Positions 62,500 through 64,000 of a stretch of DNA of 64,000 nt are shown here, one piece after another. The stretch is from the NCBI RefSeq assembly GCF_009914755.1, contig NC_060925.1; one strand, written 5' to 3'. The notes under the pieces are model-generated. The model searched no databases. It saw nothing but the letters and a program-made list of their open reading frames with translations, and was not told where the DNA came from. The stretch comes from the human T2T-CHM13v2.0 reference genome, Homo sapiens. Every line of letters starts with the position of its first letter. The stretch's first letter is position 1. The translations under genes were made by a program, and so were the position numbers.

Positions 62500-64000
62500 C
62501 AAGCAGTTATTTTGGTATTTTACAGTTAATTTATTTAATATCTACATATGTTGAACATCTACCAAGTGCCAGTATTGGGTATAAAAGGCAGACCCTAACC
62601 TCATGGAGCTTACAGGCTAGTAAGTGATTCAGACAAATGAATGGGTAAGTATTATGTACTCAGATAAGTACCAGGCGTTTGATAAATGATGTGTTACTGT
62701 GTACAAATGACAGCTGATCTTAGGTCGTGTCTTCATCTAAGATAGTAACCATCTCATATGATTGCTGTGAGGATTAAATAAGGTTATGAATTTCAACCCT
62801 TTTTACATTGTGTAGAAAGTAGCAAGCCCTCAATGTGTAAGTAGTCACAGATGTAGACAGTGGCTAATGTAGCACAGGATGTTGTGAGAGTACATAGAAG
62901 GGTTGCATTGGTCAACCTGAGAGCAGAGCCTCTGAAAAGTCCTCTTTGAGAAGGTGGCTGCTAATGTAAGACCTAAATGATGACTGGGAAACAGCCAGGA
63001 GCGAGCGGAGAAGATTCCCTCCAGAGAAAGTGGTGGTATAAGGGTGCAGAAGTGAGAGACAATTGACAGTAGTTCAGTCTGGCTGAACAGCAGAATTCCA
63101 GCAGGGGAGTGTTAAGAGATGAGGCTGGGTAGATGAAGTATGCTAATTAACTAGCACTGGGGACATGTGCTGATTTCCATGGCATGAATTTCAGCTACCA
63201 ACAATTTAACAATTGGGTCACAAAATTCCTCCTCTTAAAAATCACCTCTGTGGCAGGTGCAAGTGACCTCCAAGATACCCTAGTTACTGGGTTAAGAATT
63301 TGGATTGACTCTAGGGCAATGGATAGTCATTAACATGCTTTTAGCCAGGGAGACAGGGAATCCAATCAGTTTTGGAAGGATCACCCGGGCTTTAGTGAGG
63401 AGGAGACAGGGCAAGTCTGGAGACAGTAATCTAGGCCAGAAATTAAAATAAACTTAGTGAAGGTAGTGGCAGTTTTTGGAGAAGAAATTCGACTTAGAAG
63501 ATATTAGAGCCAATAGATGATTTGTAAGATGTGGAGACTTAGGTAGGGGGCACATCCAGGAAGTGAGTCTGGATTTCAAACTTGGGCAACAGGGTGAATG
63601 CTGGCACCATTCTCTAAGAGCAGGAACTCAGATAGTAGGAAATGTTTGGAAGGAGGCACACTAATTTACACATTTGAACTTACTGAGTTTAGTGCCTCAT
63701 CCAAATGCTGATCTCCAAGAGGCAGCTGGCTGGATAGATACAGAGATTTGAAAACCAACTGCATATGGATGGTAAGCCTGAGATCACAGGAAGAACCTAG
63801 AAGAGAAACCTAAGTACACCCCTGTTTAAGGGATTTTGCCAACAAAAGGAGCATAAAAAGGAGGAAGAGGAGTGGCTGCATTGCTGGGTTGAGAAACAGA
63901 AGAGATGGTGGCATGGAGCTAGTCTTCTAGCTCTAGTGAGCCTTTTAAGGAGGGAATAATTGGTGACACTAAACACCTATGACAAGTGAATGAAGACTAA
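62500..64000 (-). mobile_element. L2 fragments, with a MIR piece at ~62730-62830 and a MER63-like MITE at ~63150-63285
   Basis: Antisense L2 motifs (ccctaacctcatggagcttac, ggcaccattctctaaga, gaggcagctgg); tgctgatttccatgg..ttcagctaccaac..tttaacaa for MER63. Confidence 0.6.

Overview
AT-rich primate genomic DNA (AluY and an L1PA3-type element point to ape/human). It is non-prokaryotic and dominated by transposable elements. It contains three essentially full-length, inactivated LINE-1s: an L1PA5-like element (-, 6.5-12.7 kb), an L1PA3-like element (-, 40.6-46.8 kb) and an L1PA11/12-like element (+, 54.9-62.5 kb). The last of these hosts an RPL36A processed pseudogene and an Alu. There are also 10 Alus, several MaLR LTRs, old L1M, L2 and MIR fragments, hAT MITEs and microsatellites. 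No recognisable intact protein-coding gene, RNA gene or CRISPR array was found, and most ORF-track entries are L1/Alu derived. Most notable observations: (1) a candidate + strand three-exon unit at 31.0-35.5 kb whose exons splice in phase 0 into an unrecognised 132-aa ORF, partly built from TE-derived sequence; (2) the two direct-repeat L1s flanking it, 34 kb apart and of different subfamilies, share several non-CpG variants, suggesting interlocus gene conversion; (3) a short THE1-LTR-derived 3' transduction on the L1PA5-like copy; (4) an L1 inserted into an Alu's TSD; (5) templated inversion scars inside two L1s. Subfamily calls and consensus comparisons are from memory and need RepeatMasker/Dfam confirmation.
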